Shown here: positions 1 to 12,953 of the stretch, piece by piece
Layout: every line of letters starts with the position of its first letter
Numbering within the stretch: position 1 is the stretch's first letter
Assembly (NCBI RefSeq): GCF_001194135.2
Contig: NC_068982.1
Coordinates: 190,256,390-190,308,557 of the forward strand
Direction of reading: 5' to 3'
Source of the DNA: Octopus bimaculoides
Taxonomy: Eukaryota
Length of the DNA: 52,168 bases
Position numbers and translations under genes: made by a program
Notes under the pieces: model-generated
What the model saw: the letters and a program-made list of their open reading frames with translations, nothing else
Told to the model about the DNA's origin: nothing
The model's database searches: none

Positions 1-48
<48 letters not shown>

Positions 49-983
49 AGGATAAGATCATTATTTTAAATCTAGTGTCAGCATGGGAAGGCAAAAAAAA
101 AACCTTCTAGGTTATAATAATTATTAAAACTATAAATAAGGGTGTCTAAGAGACACCACCATGCTTGAGATAGCAGTCAAAACGCAGAAACCCTGGGTCT
201 GGAATTATCTAATTTTTACTAGTTTGTCTTTTGTCTTTTCACCTTGTGCTGTATTGAATACTTTGTACTTTTAGAGTCAGGTTTTGACTGCTATTTCAAG
301 CATGGTGGTATCTCTTAGATACTCTTGGTTATAAGTTTAATATATAAATATATGTATGCATGCATGTATGTATGTATGTATGTATGCATGCATTTGTGAG
401 TCTTTGTTTGCATTTGTTTCCCATCACCACTTGACAACTGATATTGGTTTGTTTACATCCCCATAACTTAGCAATTCAGTGAAAAAAAAAAAGAGACTTA
501 CAAAATAAGTTTCAGGCTTTAAAAAAAAATAAGTACTGAGGTCGATTTGTTCAACTAAAATTTTTCAAGGTATTGCCCCAGTATGGCCACAGTTTAATGA
601 CTGAAACAAGTAAATGATAAAAAATGTATGCATGCATAACAATGTGAGCATACACCTGGAAATGTATGCAGGCAATCAGACACCTGTACAGATGCTTACG
701 TTTGTTGCATGTGCACTGTGTTGTGTGTTGTGTTTGTGTTGTGTTTGTGTTATGTGTTGTGTTTGGTGTGTTTGTGTTGCATTGTGTTGTGTTCAAACCT
801 TGAGCATGGGGTACAGCAGACATCAAACAATGCAATGGTAGTAATAAATTTGTATATTTGTGCCCAAGTGAAGTCTATGTATGTATGTATGTATGTGTGT
901 ATGCAAAAATACAAATTCTATATATAGATACAAGCTATATACATACGTATACATATGCACATTCACACATATGCATGCATGTA

Positions 984-1017
<34 letters not shown>

Positions 1018-2179
1018 GTACAATATGTGTGTGTGTATGCATATATACATAAAAAGTACAATGACTATGAATTTAAGGTTTTCAAAATACTGAAAAACAG
1101 CTTAAGAGAACTTCAGATTTTTCTATGGCCATTGTGTTTATGGACTGGGTATATAATAATAATAATAATAATACTGTTTTAGTCTGCCTGGCTGGCAACA
1201 CTTTAAACTTTTACTTCATGGTTGAATGGTTATCAGAAGGTTGAATATAATCAGCCTACAATATGTAAAAAGCATTTGCCATGCTATTATGTATTACACA
1301 CACGTGTGTGCGTGTGTGTGTTATGATACAAGGAGATGGAATGAACAGGCTTTAATGCATATCACAACAAGTGTTTCTGTGCATTAACATCAGCTGTTAA
1401 TTGCGGAGTGTTTCACATATATAATCTTTTCTACTCTAGGCACAAGGCCCGAAATTTTTGGGGAGGGGATGGGGGCAGTTGATTAGATCGACACCAGTAT
1501 GCAACTGGTACTTAATTTATCGATCACAAAAGGATGAAAAGCAAAGTCAACCTTGGCAGAATATGAACTCAGAACATAAAGACAGACATCCGGCTTGCTA
1601 ACAATTCTGCCAGCTCGCTGCCTTGTGTCACATACATATTATTACATAAATACAAATCCAGCAATAGCCGTGTACTTACACATCATCAGCTGAGGAAGTT
1701 TTGAAGAGTTCCGTATGAATTCTGTGCACACGAATGGATTTCTACATTTATATCCAATAAAAGGAGCTGCTGTATGATGACATATGGTAGCCGATAACCA
1801 CAGAAGAGCTTTTAAATGCACGTTATAAGACTAATTACCCAGATGATATTAAATATATGTGCTATAGGACATCATTTTCCATTAGTGTTACTCTTATACA
1901 TGCCTTGTCCTAATGTTATCTCATCACCATAAGACATTCATTTGTTTGTATGTATTTATATTTGCAACAGAATCCGCATGAGAAATCATCTGAGTTCAAC
2001 AAGACCAATTTATTCTCAGTTGCCATGGTGATGCAATAAAACGTTTTGAAAGAAATTTAAAGTGCCCATGTGATAACTGTAAACCTACTTTTGGGCCACC
2101 CTGTCTATGCTGATGAGGATGTATTTTAAATGCTTAAAACATATTATTACATGTATTCTTTATACTGTTACCATTTCAG

Positions 2180-2278
2180 GAGGCCATGAGGTTAGCTTTG
2201 AAACACAGTGACCGCTTACTGCAGGGAAAATGCCTTATCACATTTGCCAAGATACACAATAGCAACAACGATATTGAT
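2180..2278 (+). CDS. RAPSN: Rapsyn internal coding exon (TPR region), EAMRLALKHSDRLLQGKCLITFAKIHNSNNDID; upstream exons lie outside the window
   Basis: ccatttcAG acceptor at 2178-2179 and GTgagt donor at 2279; 99 nt, phase 0/0. The translation matches vertebrate rapsyn [33 protein letters not shown] (recalled). Confidence 0.93.
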
Positions 2279-3365
2279 GTGAGTAACATCTTTCTTTGTC
2301 ATAATTTAGATCACTTTAACCCTCTTGTTACCATATTTCTTTTGAAAAATACACTACCTTTATTTTGTGTTAATTTTGGAAATAACGAAAAATCTAGTAA
2401 AGTAATTTTGTCATTATCTAGCTGGTGTTAGGAACATAAATTAACATGGAATTTTGATGGAAGGATTTTGTTTAAATTATTTTAAAACCTAAAATTGATA
2501 TTATAGAATGAGGTGGTGGTGCTGGTGCTGGTGCTGGGGACTCACTCAGGCTGGTTGGTATCAAAAGGGTTAAAGACTCATATATAATTAATCATAATTA
2601 TTACTGTACTTGGGGAAAACCTGCCTGCCACAACAGAATTGGGATCCTAAGACCATGGCACCATGTAAAAAGCATTGGTGTAGGTGATGATGCCACGTAA
2701 AAAGCACCCAGTACACTCTGTGGAGTGGTTGACATTAAGAAGGGCATCCAGCCATAGAAGCCAAACCAAAACAGGCCATGGGACCTGGTGTGGCCCCTGG
2801 CTTTGCCAGTTCCTGTCAAGTCATCCAACCCATACCAGCGTGGAAAATGGATGGATGATGATAATGATCTTAAATTTGATTTAATTATTAACCAACAGAG
2901 CTAAATATAGTTGATTTATGTTTACCGTCGGCTGACACCACATAAAAACTACCCATGCTGGCACCATGGACAAAGTACCTGTGCTGGCACCACATAAAAG
3001 GCACCCATATTGGTACCTGTACAAGATACCAGTGCTGGCCCCATGTACAAGGGCCCCTCCCCGTGTTGGTTCTGTGTGTAAGTTACTTGCACTGGCATCA
3101 CATGGAAGGCACCCAGTACACTTTGTAAAGTGTTAGGAAGGGCATCCACCCTTAGAAACTATGCCAAAACAGGCAATTGGAGAATGTTGCAGCTTTGCAG
3201 CCTTGCCATCTCGTGTTAAATGATGATGATGATGATGATGACAGAGATGCTGGCTGGGTGAATCCCCTCTCAGCTCAAAGCTAAAATAAGAGGTTCAAGA
3301 GTGCACGTATTAGGCTTGGTGGCAGGAAGTGACGAGAAAAAGAATGACCCTCCCTTGTCTCTCTC

Positions 3366-3368
<3 letters not shown>

Positions 3369-3443
<75 letters not shown>
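3369..3443. repeat. (CA)n microsatellite, representative of many: (TA)n 1-48 and 12430-12477, (TAA)n 22485-22512, (CAT)n 33560-33600, (TC)n 48527-48590, (GATA)n 52038-52168
   Basis: Visible directly; these produce most of the HT/VC/IY/RE-repeat ORFs in the track. Confidence 0.95.
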
Positions 3444-3447
<4 letters not shown>

Positions 3448-5003
3448 TCAAAAAGACAGTGGGATGAGTTGTACAAAGTAGAAATAAGGAGATATTTTTC
3501 TAGAGAGACAAAATGCAACGGTGCTGGTGCCACATAAAAAAACATTTGGTACACTTTGTAAAGTGGTTGACATTAGGAAGAGCATCCAGCTGTAGAGAGC
3601 AAGCCCAAACTGGAGCATGGTATAGCTCTCTACCTTGCCAGTTCCTGCCAAACTGTCCAACCCATGCCAGCTGGGGAAACAGATATCAGACGATGATGAT
3701 GGTGTTGATGATGGTGATAATGTTGATGATGATGTTGATGATGATGAATCTAGTGAAATGTTTAAGAATAATTTCATTGCTTTGTTTTAATTTTAAGGTA
3801 AAATTTATTTTTCTTTTGAAAATTGGTATTCATTTCACCATTTTTGGATATAAGCACCAAGAAATTTAAGATTTAGATTACACTTATTGTGTGAATGTTA
3901 TACTTTCCGATATTACTCTTTGTGGAAAAAGTATACTTGCCAACTTGTCATACGACTGGCAAAATCCTTGTATTCTTTAGAAATTCTTCTGGCCCTTTCA
4001 AGAATTCCCTTTAACTTTAATTCACAGACACCAATAGTACCAACTTGTTTGGAACTATTTCTCATTCCAAATATCTGTTTTGTAATATTTGTACAAGCAC
4101 AGTTTTCCAGAATTTAAACTTTTTTTGTTTCAAGAACATTTCTGTCTGATTATCCTTCACTTGTAGATTTTGGAAAATAAAATGATTTAATCTCTAGAAT
4201 TTGTGAGGATTAGTGGCAGTCTATGACAAGAAAGAATCAATATTGTAAAACTGAAAGATCCGTTAGCTTGCCAGAAAGAAAACTAGCATCTTAAGATTTC
4301 ATCTGTCTGAAACCTCACATATTGCAAACCAATGGAAGTCATTCTATGTGCTAGAAATAATAGCCAAATGTCTCTCGAATAATACCTTGTCACGAGTAGT
4401 ATTGCTTGCTGCTGGTGAATGCAAATGTATTTCTAGGGCTGCATGTGCATGTAATAAGCAACACTTGTGGACATTATCAGAAAATTTATTCACTGCACAA
4501 AGTGTTTGCTGTGTTGGTCCTTCATCAAAAACTGTGACAGTTACACATCAGGAGAGACATACTACTAGGATCTATGACAGTTTAACTGATATAGTAATCT
4601 ATGGCTGGCTCATCACAACTGGGAAATAATCACGCTGTATTCATGGTGGCAAAATCTGTGTCTTCTCTCTGCTATTGGCTGCTGGTGGATGAGAATGGAG
4701 ACATCAAATGGTTGTCTCAACATTCTGGGATGACCACTAAAGGCCACCTTTATATGGGGCTCAATGAGGAAGTCTTAGAAAATCAAATCACACAACAGCT
4801 TGATGCTGATTGGTCGATTAATCGGCTGATCCCATGAAACTTCTGTGGCTTGGTTGTGATACCTACTTGGCTACCTAGTGATTCGGTTTCAAATCCACTA
4901 CAACTTAAATAAAGGAACGACACATTAGATAATGTAGTCTTAGAGTCATAGACTTAATTCATTGACCATTATGAATTATTGTTCTGTTTTTATTTTTGTT
5001 TAG

Positions 5004-5126
5004 CGTTCAGTACCTAGATTTGAATGTGCTTTATCTATTCTGTCTGAAATTGGATTTCGGTCAGGAGAAGCAGAAGCATTTCAAGGATTGGCAGACACAG
5101 CAGCATCTCAAAGAAATTTCCGTTCA
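5004..5126 (+). CDS. RAPSN: Rapsyn coding exon, RSVPRFECALSILSEIGFRSGEAEAFQGLADTAASQRNFRS
   Basis: tttgtttAG acceptor and GTgagt donor at 5127; 123 nt, phase 0/0. Matches rapsyn [32 protein letters not shown]. Not in the ORF track because it has no start codon. Confidence 0.92.
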
Positions 5127-5619
5127 GTGAGTTTTTATTTATTTATTTATATATCTATTTTAACAGCATCTTTTTTTTGCTTTTTTTTTTATAAAATTTT
5201 TTTTGCACCAAATTCTTCAATATTGCCAAATATTATGGAAGCCAACAAATAAAAAAAAAATGCCAACGAAAAAGCCAGAAAATCCTAAAAGTATTATTTA
5301 TGAATGATTAACAGTTATTGGTACCAGTTTCGTTGTGTGATTAAGAAGTGTGCTTCTCAACCACATGGTTCTGGGTTCAATCCCACCGCATGGCACATTG
5401 GGCAAGTGTCTTTCACTGTAGCCTCAAGCCAACTAAAGCCTCGAGTGGATTTGGTCAATGGAAACTGAAAGAAGTCCAACACACACATTTTTTACCTGTT
5501 TCAGTCATTAGATTGTGGCCATGCTGGTGCACCACCTTGAATTTTTCAGTCAAATGAATCTCCCTCAGTACTTTTTTTGAAGCCTGGTACTTACAGAAAG
5601 TAATCTTTACCTGTGGCAG

Positions 5620-6522
5620 ATGTGCAGGTACATTAAACACCTGGAATGTACAAATCTCACATGCCAGGGAGAACCCTTAAAAGTAGGAGGCAGTTTCTGT
5701 CACTTGGGTGACCAAGTTAGTAGTGGAGGTGCTAGAATAAGAATAGGCTGGGCAAAGTTCAGAGAGCGACAACACCTGTTAGTAACAAAGGGCCTCTCCT
5801 TCAGAGTGAAAGGTAGATTGTATGATGCCTGTGTACGAACAGCTATGCTGCATGGCAGTGAGACATGGGCTGTGATTACTAAGGATATGTGAAGACTTGC
5901 AAGAAATGAAGCCAGTCTGTTTCATTGGGTGGGTAATGTCAGGGTGGATATAGGAGGGTGTGTGTCTCAGTGATCTGAGGGAAAAGCTGAGAACATGTAG
6001 CCTCAGATGTTGTGTGCAAGAGAGAAGACTGCACTGGTACAGTCATGTGACGTGTATGAATGAGGACAGTTGCATCAAGAGGTGCTGATCTCTAATTATA
6101 GAGGGAACATGTGGAAGGGGTAGACATGGGACAATGTGGTGAGAAAGGATCTACCAACGTTGGGGTTCACAGAGGAGATGACGGGGGCTGAGACTCCTGG
6201 CAGTTTGCTGTGCTTGAAAAGACAGGCTAAGCTGAGTAAAAGCGTGGCTGCCCTTGCATACAGGCTTGTCCCTTGCGATCCTCTCCAGCTGGGCATCCCT
6301 AATCTTGTGGGGTGGTGCCATGTACAAAGCACTTGTGCTGGTGCTGTATAAAAGCACCCAGTAGACTCTGTAAAGTGGTTGGTGTTAGGAAGGGCATCCA
6401 GCCACAGAAACCATGCCAAGAAAGACAATCGGAGGCTGAACAGCCCTTCAGCCGGTTAGCTCCTGTCAAACAGTCCAACCCATGCAAGCATTGGAAAATG
6501 GACGTTAAATGATGGTGATGAT
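5620..6522 (+). mobile_element. 5'-truncated, degenerate RTE-clade LINE (RT C-terminal region plus 3' UTR ending in (GAT)n) in a rapsyn intron
   Basis: Translation ...FCHLGDQVSSGG..RIRIGWAKFRE..KGRLYDACVRTAMLHGSETWAV..ERRLHWYSHV is a typical RTE C-terminus, with stops. It ends ggacgttaaatgatggtgatgat. Confidence 0.8.
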
Positions 6523-6574
6523 AGATAGATAAATTTTGGCCAGTATTGGCCCCGGCGACATCTAGCATACTAGC

Positions 6575-6750
6575 ATCACCTGGAAAAGACCTGATGTTTC
6601 ATATTAACCATAGTCCATTCAAGAAAAGAGTTATCATCCACAGAGGTATATCCAGGTGTTGGTGGTTTATCAGGAATTTGTTGAAAATATTCATCCAGGA
6701 TTTGTTTGAATGTTGTGAGATCTTTGTCTTCTCTTATGTGTCTTGGTTTG
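6575..6750 (-). mobile_element. CR1/L2-group LINE extreme C-terminal fragment
   Basis: The minus strand reads TFKQILDEYFQQIPDKPPTPGYTSVDDNSFLEW, like the FKxxLDxxLxxIPDxP..GY...NS ending of CR1-group ORF2. Confidence 0.55.
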
Positions 6751-7188
6751 ATGTTTAAAGAGAGAAAGGCAAGCTAAGGTGAAATAGTTCTGTCTTAGTA
6801 TTGCGATGTGATGTGAGCTCAATTTTTGTAGAGGACAGATAGGTGTGTGTGTGTGTGTGCGTGTGTATTACAAGCTCCTTGCCTCGACATTGTATGATAG
6901 CTGTAAAAGAGTGTCACTGTCATACAGGTGGTGTTCTTCATTTCCAATCTTCCATAAAAACATGTCTGGTCACAAAGAAATATTACCATGTTTGGAAACC
7001 AGTGAGGGTTAGCACCAGGAAAGGCATGCAACCGTAGAAAATTTGCCGTGGACAGGAAACAATGTTTTAATGTTTTACACCAATGAAATCTTGTCTTTTT
7101 CACTTTATTGCTAAATGTTGGTGCATTTGTCATTTGAATCTAGCTTTGACATTTCTTTTTTTTTTTTTTCTCTTTTTGTTATCTCCAG

Positions 7189-7242
7189 GCAATTGATTTC
7201 AACCTGAAGGCCTTAAATACCAGTCGAGCGATTGGAAGCAAA
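7189..7242 (+). CDS. RAPSN: Rapsyn coding exon, AIDFNLKALNTSRAIGSK
   Basis: Long polypyrimidine tract plus ctccAG acceptor; GTaacg donor at 7243; 54 nt, phase 0/0. Aligns to rapsyn ALDAIERAQDLAEEVGNK and keeps the frame between the flanking exons. Confidence 0.88.
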
Positions 7243-8926
7243 GTAACGAATTTAATCATTTTTGTGTCCCACCATCACACATGCACAAACACACATACAC
7301 ACACACACACACTACACATTACATGCATGCACATACACACACACACACTACATGCACACACACACACATACACTACGCACATGCACACTACACACATTGT
7401 CATTGTGTCCTTCCTAACTTCCCTGATATTTCATTGTTTAATACAAAATGTTGCTTTCTTTTAACCCTTTAACATTTAAACTGACCATTTCTTTCCCAAA
7501 TATTCTATTCGTATTATGTTCAAACTGATCCAGCCTCTTCCACCTACACTACAATGACATCATTTAAATCTCAAAGCCATGGGATAATATAGGATTAATT
7601 CCAAACAATGTGAATAAATAAAGATTATATAAAAACAGTAATCTGAAAAACTAAAGAGTTAGACATTTCAGAGTATTTCCAGACTCAACCTGCTTTTTTA
7701 CTGTCTTGCAACCATTCCATATAATGGTTGCTGGCACTAAGAATTTTGTCTTTTACAAAATAGTGTTTTTTTTTTAATAATTTGGATCAATCTTCTTTCT
7801 TTGCATACTTCATTAACTTTCTGACTTTCTTATAAAAACGTTTGAAAACTGGCACAGACGTAGCTGTGTGGTTAGAAGCTTGCTTCCTAACCACATCGTT
7901 CTGGGTTCAGTCCCGTTGTATGGCACCTTGGGAAAGTGTCTTCTACTATAGCTCCGGGCTGATCAAAGCCATGTGAGTGGATCTGGCAGACAGAAACTGA
8001 AAGAAGCCCATTTCAAATAATATATCTTTTGTATCTGGTTATCAAACAGTGGTGGTGGTGGGGGCATCCCAGTAACTTTGCAGTTCAGCATGAAAAAAGA
8101 AACTGATAAAATGAGTTCCAGGCTTTAAAAAACCTAAACCAGAAGTAGTGGAGTTGACTAAACTCTTGTCAAGGCAGTGCCCCAGCATGGCCACGGTCTA
8201 ATGAGACTGAAACAAGCAAAAGAAAAAAGACAATAATATTCACTGGAAGAATAATCCTTATTTAGATCCATGGCAACCCTTGATGATGGATTAAATCTTT
8301 GGTCTAAGGCATTTTGTCCGATGCTCAAGGAAGCAACACAATCAGAGTATGGGAGATGCCTGCACTTGGTTCAGTTTTGGTGACAAATTTTGGGCAGTCA
8401 ACTCATTGGTTGATAAATGCTATCAACTCAGCTGAAAATGGCACTTTTCAAGAAAATAGACCTGTTGACTGAAATTCTTGGATTTGTGATTCATCTAGCA
8501 TATATGATTTTAAATGCTAGAACTAACTTCTCTCTTTGATGGAAAAAGTAAAGGAAACAAAAGAGGGGGTTTAACATTTTAAAATTTTCTTAAAGTTTCA
8601 CATATCTATACATCTATAAATAAAGTTGCTAACAAGGGAGTCTCTATGTGATCGCTCTACAAGCTAGAAATAATAGTCAAATCTCTCTCAAATCATATCC
8701 TACTCTTTCTATAAAAAGAGGGAGGCTACATTATTATAACCTGAAAAAACAGGAAGCCACGACCAGGATTTCTTTGATTAAAGATCTACCTGATAAGGCT
8801 TGGCCCATTTCCAAACAACCACCTCTCTAAACTGGAATTTGGTACTTTTTCTTTTCTTTTCTTTTTTTATGTATCATTTATATACCGATTAATTAATTTA
8901 TTCTATTTATTTTTATTTCCCCCCAG

Positions 8927-9126
8927 TTGATAATGTTGAAGTGTCATGAAAATTTAAAGGGCTTATATGGCTGGCTAAATGAAAAAGACAAATCTGCTTT
9001 CCATGATCGATATGCCCAACAGCTGATTCTAGAAATGGACTTAAGGTGTGATGTATGTGGGGAGACAATTGGTAATGTCCGAGCCCGTCTTGATCATCTT
9101 TCATGTGGCCATATTATACACAACAG
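8927..9126 (+). CDS. RAPSN: Rapsyn coding exon: coiled-coil plus first part of the RING-H2 finger (LIMLKCHENL...CDVCGETIG...CGHIIHNR)
   Basis: ccccAG acceptor and AG|GTgaac donor at 9127; 200 nt, phase 0/2. Matches rapsyn LKLHCLSESIY...[27 protein letters not shown]. Confidence 0.95.
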
Positions 9127-9764
9127 GTGAACAATCTACTTTCTCTGTCTCATTTATTCACATCCCACCTTCCTCATCTGTTAATTTGTATTCAGGTATT
9201 TTTGCATGTTTGGTGCCATGTAAAAAGCACCTGTGCTGGTGCCACATGAAATGCACATGTTAGTACCAAAAAAAAAAAACACCCAGTACACTCTGTGAAA
9301 TGTTTGCCATTGGGAAGAGTATCCAGCTGTAGAAAGAGACAAATGGAGATTTTGGTACGGCTCTCTTGGCCTCGACAGCTGCTCTTCTTACACTTTCTTC
9401 AAACTCTCTGCATCTTGCCTGATGAGAAGAACCCTTTTGTAATTAGTAATTAGTATTTGGCCTATATAGAACGATTACTATAATCTAATAAAACTGTTAA
9501 ATATACCTTTGTGTGTGTTTGTATATAACTATATGTATGTATATAACTATATGCATGTATATTTTTGTATATAACTATATGCATGTATATATGTGTGTAC
9601 CTATGTGATCACATGATCAACCAAGCTATTTGATGTTTTATATGTGAGTGTGCATGCGTGTGTATATATATATATACGTGTATCTGCATGTATATATAGA
9701 TATGTGTGTGTATATATATGTAATATAAGTACATATTTTCTCTCTTTTTTCTTTATTTCTTTAG

Positions 9765-9870
9765 ATGTGCTAGTCATTTAAGTCGTTCTACCCTTGGAAG
9801 ATCCAACCGAAAGCGGCCATGTCCATCTTGTCGGCGCAAATCTTTCCTCGACCCAATGTGTTATGCGTAA
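9765..9870 (+). CDS. RAPSN: Rapsyn terminal coding exon, (R)CASHLSRSTLGRSNRKRPCPSCRRKSFLDPMCYA*
   Basis: ttctttAG acceptor; phase 2 completes the Arg codon AG|A. Supplies RING ligands C6, C7 and C8 (CPSC) and an RRKS motif like vertebrate CPNCRRSS; TAA at 9868-9870. Confidence 0.92.
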
Positions 9871-10096
9871 CACTAACATTAACAATAATTTAATGCTATA
9901 CAAAATTAACGATGATGACAACAATATTAATAATAATAATAATTATTACTACAATAAAACTGTTATAGTAAAACCAAAACGAATTATTTCTTTAATTATT
10001 AAAAATGACAAAAAGAAGAAAAAAGAAAAAATGAGATTATTTTCAAGTTAAAAAAAAACAATAACAAATCCCCCAAAAAAAATATTAACAAAAAAC

Positions 10097-10102
10097 AATA
10101 AA
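10097..10102 (+). promoter_or_regulatory. Candidate rapsyn polyadenylation signal AATAAA (one of several in a very A-rich 3' UTR)
   Basis: AATAAA about 230 nt after the stop; another at 9953-9958. The A-rich context makes chance hits likely. Confidence 0.3.
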
Positions 10103-10839
10103 ATTCTGGTTATTCACCAAAATTCTGAACCATTTTTCCAAAATGCACAAAGAAAGAAATCTATATTACATCTAATCAATTGGAAGGGTTTATTTAAAAT
10201 TGAACTACCAAAATGCCTTTTATTTATTAAATCTTCACTCACTGCCTTTGATCCTTATATTTAAAAAAAAAAAAATATTAAATAAATATTACAAAAAAAA
10301 TTGATCCATTTGAAATTTCCAGCAAAAATTTGTCTGTGTATTCATGTTTGATATTTGTTTTGTTGTGATGACTTTAAGCCAGGGATTCTCGACTAGGGTC
10401 CATAGAGCCCTTACAGGTTGAACTACAATACAAACAAAATATTTTACCAATTTTTTAATACAATTCCTGGCAATGTCTTATAAATGTACAATAAGGAGAA
10501 GACCTGTTGAGTCAAGTGAAATCATAGTCCTGGCCAATGCCAGTGCCACCTGACTGGTGGCACGTAATAAGCACAATTAGGGTATGGGTCGATGCCAGTG
10601 CTGCCTGACTGGCCCCCGTGCTGATGACCTGTTTATTCTTTTTACTTCCACACCTGACTGAGCTCAAAACAATAGCATAGTCAATTCAGAGTCTGTTTGG
10701 TTTATTGAAGTGTGTGTTTCTGTATAAACATTTAATGTACAACAGCATAGGGCTTCTGTGCTACAAGCATGCAAATGCATTTGTATGTATGTAAGTACGA
10801 CTTTAAAATCCACAAGTGGAGCATATATACATGCAGATA

Positions 10840-11490
10840 TCATCATCATCATTGTTTAACGTCCGTTTTCCATGCTGGTATGGGTTGGACGGTTTGACTG
10901 AGGACAGGCAAGCCAGAAGGCTGCACCAGGCTCCAATCTGATCTGGCAAAATTTCTACAGCTGGATGCCTTTCCTAACGCCAACCACTCCAAGAGTGTAG
11001 TGGGTGCTTTTACATGCCACCGGCACAAGGGCCAGTCAGGTGGTTCAGGTAACGACCACACTCAAAAGGTGTTTTTTACGTGCTACCTGCATGGGAGCCA
11101 GTCTGGCAGCACTGGCAACGTCCATGCTCGAATGTTGGTTTTTACATGCCAGTAAGGTGACGCTTGCAATGACCACACTCAAATGGCGCTTTTTATGTGC
11201 CACCAGCACGGGAGCCAGTCCGTGGCCCTGGCAACAATCACGCTCAGATGTGCCATTAACGTTCCACCGACACAAGTGCCAATCAGGCAGTACTGTCATC
11301 TGCCACGTCAGTGATTTTGATTTGATTTCACTTGCCTCAATAGATCTTTGCAAGCAAAGTTTATTGTCCAATGAATGAGGGACACTCATAAGTGGGCTGG
11401 TTACACCTCACTTTCGGATGTGCTTTTAACGTTCCACTGGCATGAGTACCAATCAGGTGGTACTGTCATCGGCCACGTCAGCAATTTTGA
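10840..11490 (-). mobile_element. RTE-type 3'-tail repeat. Other copies: about 2650-2870, 2940-3240, 3510-3750, 12960-13240, 16600-17030, 19380-19442, 20640-20970, 21280-21390
   Basis: Shared motif ggaagggcatccagctgtagaaa...tccaacccatgccagcatggaaa..ggacgttaaa(tga)n, with internally repeated gtggcacgtaaaagcacc modules. Confidence 0.8.
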
Positions 11491-11569
11491 TTTATATATA
11501 TATAATTATGCACACGCACATATTCTCACGCACATATAAATGTGTATAGGAAGTTGTTAACAGGACTGA

Positions 11570-11606
<37 letters not shown>

Positions 11607-12427
11607 CATTTGTAAGTGTCTTTAATAGTTTCAATATGCAAAGAAGTGTATACTAAAGTCTCTGCGTGCGACATCATATAAATGTATGCAATCAGTGTAA
11701 AAGTGTGTATACATGGGTGTGTGTGTGTGTGTGTGAATGAATCTCTCTCTCTCTCTCCCTCCCTCATCCTTTCTCCTCCCTCCACTCTCTCTCTCTCTCT
11801 CTCTCTAATTGTATGCAAACACGTTAGATTCATACAAAGATAACAATAACAAGCGAATGTATGTCAACACATGTTTGGGGCTGAGCTATTTTTATGAACC
11901 CGTCTTCTTTTTCTTCTCCCCAAAGAAATATCTGTTATACATGGGCAAAGGCATGGCTGTGTGCTCAGGAGTTTGCTTCCCAACCACATGGTTCTAGGTT
12001 CAGTCCTACTGTGTGGCACCTTGGGCAAGTAACTTCTACTATAGCCTTGGGCCAACCAAAGCCTTGTGAGTGGATTTAGTGGATAGGAACTGAAAGAAAC
12101 TCCTTGTAGTATGTGTGTGTGTGTGTGTGTTTTCCCCCCACTGCTGCCTGACAACCAATGTTGGTTTGTTTACAGCCTCATATCTTGTGGTTCAGCAAAA
12201 GAAACCAAGAAAACAAGTACCAGACTTTAAAAAAAAGGTGCTGGGATTGATTCCTTCGACCATAAATTCTTCAAGACCGTGCCCCAAAATGGCTGCCATC
12301 TAATGACTGGAACAAATAAAAGATGTGCTTCTGGCCAATGAGTCTGCTAGGTCACCTATGCAGCTAAGCGCTTTATAAGTGTGAAACCAATGGTCATTCT
12401 CTGACCAGCCATAATAAACAACCTTCT

Positions 12428-12482
<55 letters not shown>

Positions 12483-12500
12483 AATTATTATTTCTAAATC

Positions 12501-12953
12501 TCTCAACGAGAGACATTCAGTACCAGTATTCTAAAGTAAAGATTATTTGCCAACACAATGTGGCAGTCCTGTCTAGGATGAATGTTGCTGTTATTTAACC
12601 CCAGGAAACATCGTCTCCAGCTGCTTATACGACACTGTATGCTTATATTTTCAAACAAGGGAGTTTAGTGTCCCCACTCAGCAGAAAACAATATCTGAGT
12701 ACCATGGTTCTGGCCAAGCAGTTATTCTGTGCTGATGAAGGGGAAATAACCCCAAAACCGTGGCACGCAGGTATTGCTTTGTGCTAAACTCTATTATTCG
12801 AAAATATAAGGACACAGTGTGTCATACTGCCAGCTGGAACCGATGTTTCCTGGGGCTAAATAACAGTAACATTCGTCCTAACCAGGACTGCCACATTATG
12901 TTGGCAAATAAACTTTACTCTAGAGTAATATTACTGAACGTCTCTCATTGAGA
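12501..12953. repeat. Older fold-back/MITE-like element with about 180-bp degenerate inverted arms and a decayed hammerhead in the spacer
   Basis: tctcaacgagagacattcagta...ttatattttcaaacaa versus tattattcgaaaatataag...tactgaacgtctctcattgaga. The spacer has CTGATGA-A-GGGG(aaataa)CCCC-AAAAC at 12732-12758 (GAAA changed to AAAA). Confidence 0.82.

Noticed and set aside
1355-1400. Additional hammerhead-like remnants (1355-1400 minus; also about 2110, 21395, 40130-40165 and 45500)
   Set aside because: Each lacks an intact core or pairable stems; these cannot be told from chance.
1-2179. Upstream rapsyn exon inside the window (e.g. after the cag at 1970)
   Set aside because: The translations do not resemble the expected ...AVAYRLLG..AMECCE segment and meet stops.
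4348-4837. Overlapping short ORFs in rapsyn intron (MAGSSQLGNNHAVFMVAK...)
   Set aside because: No recognisable domain or splice sites; the start overlaps a common repeat end. A faint resemblance to P-element AxVFMV is too weak.
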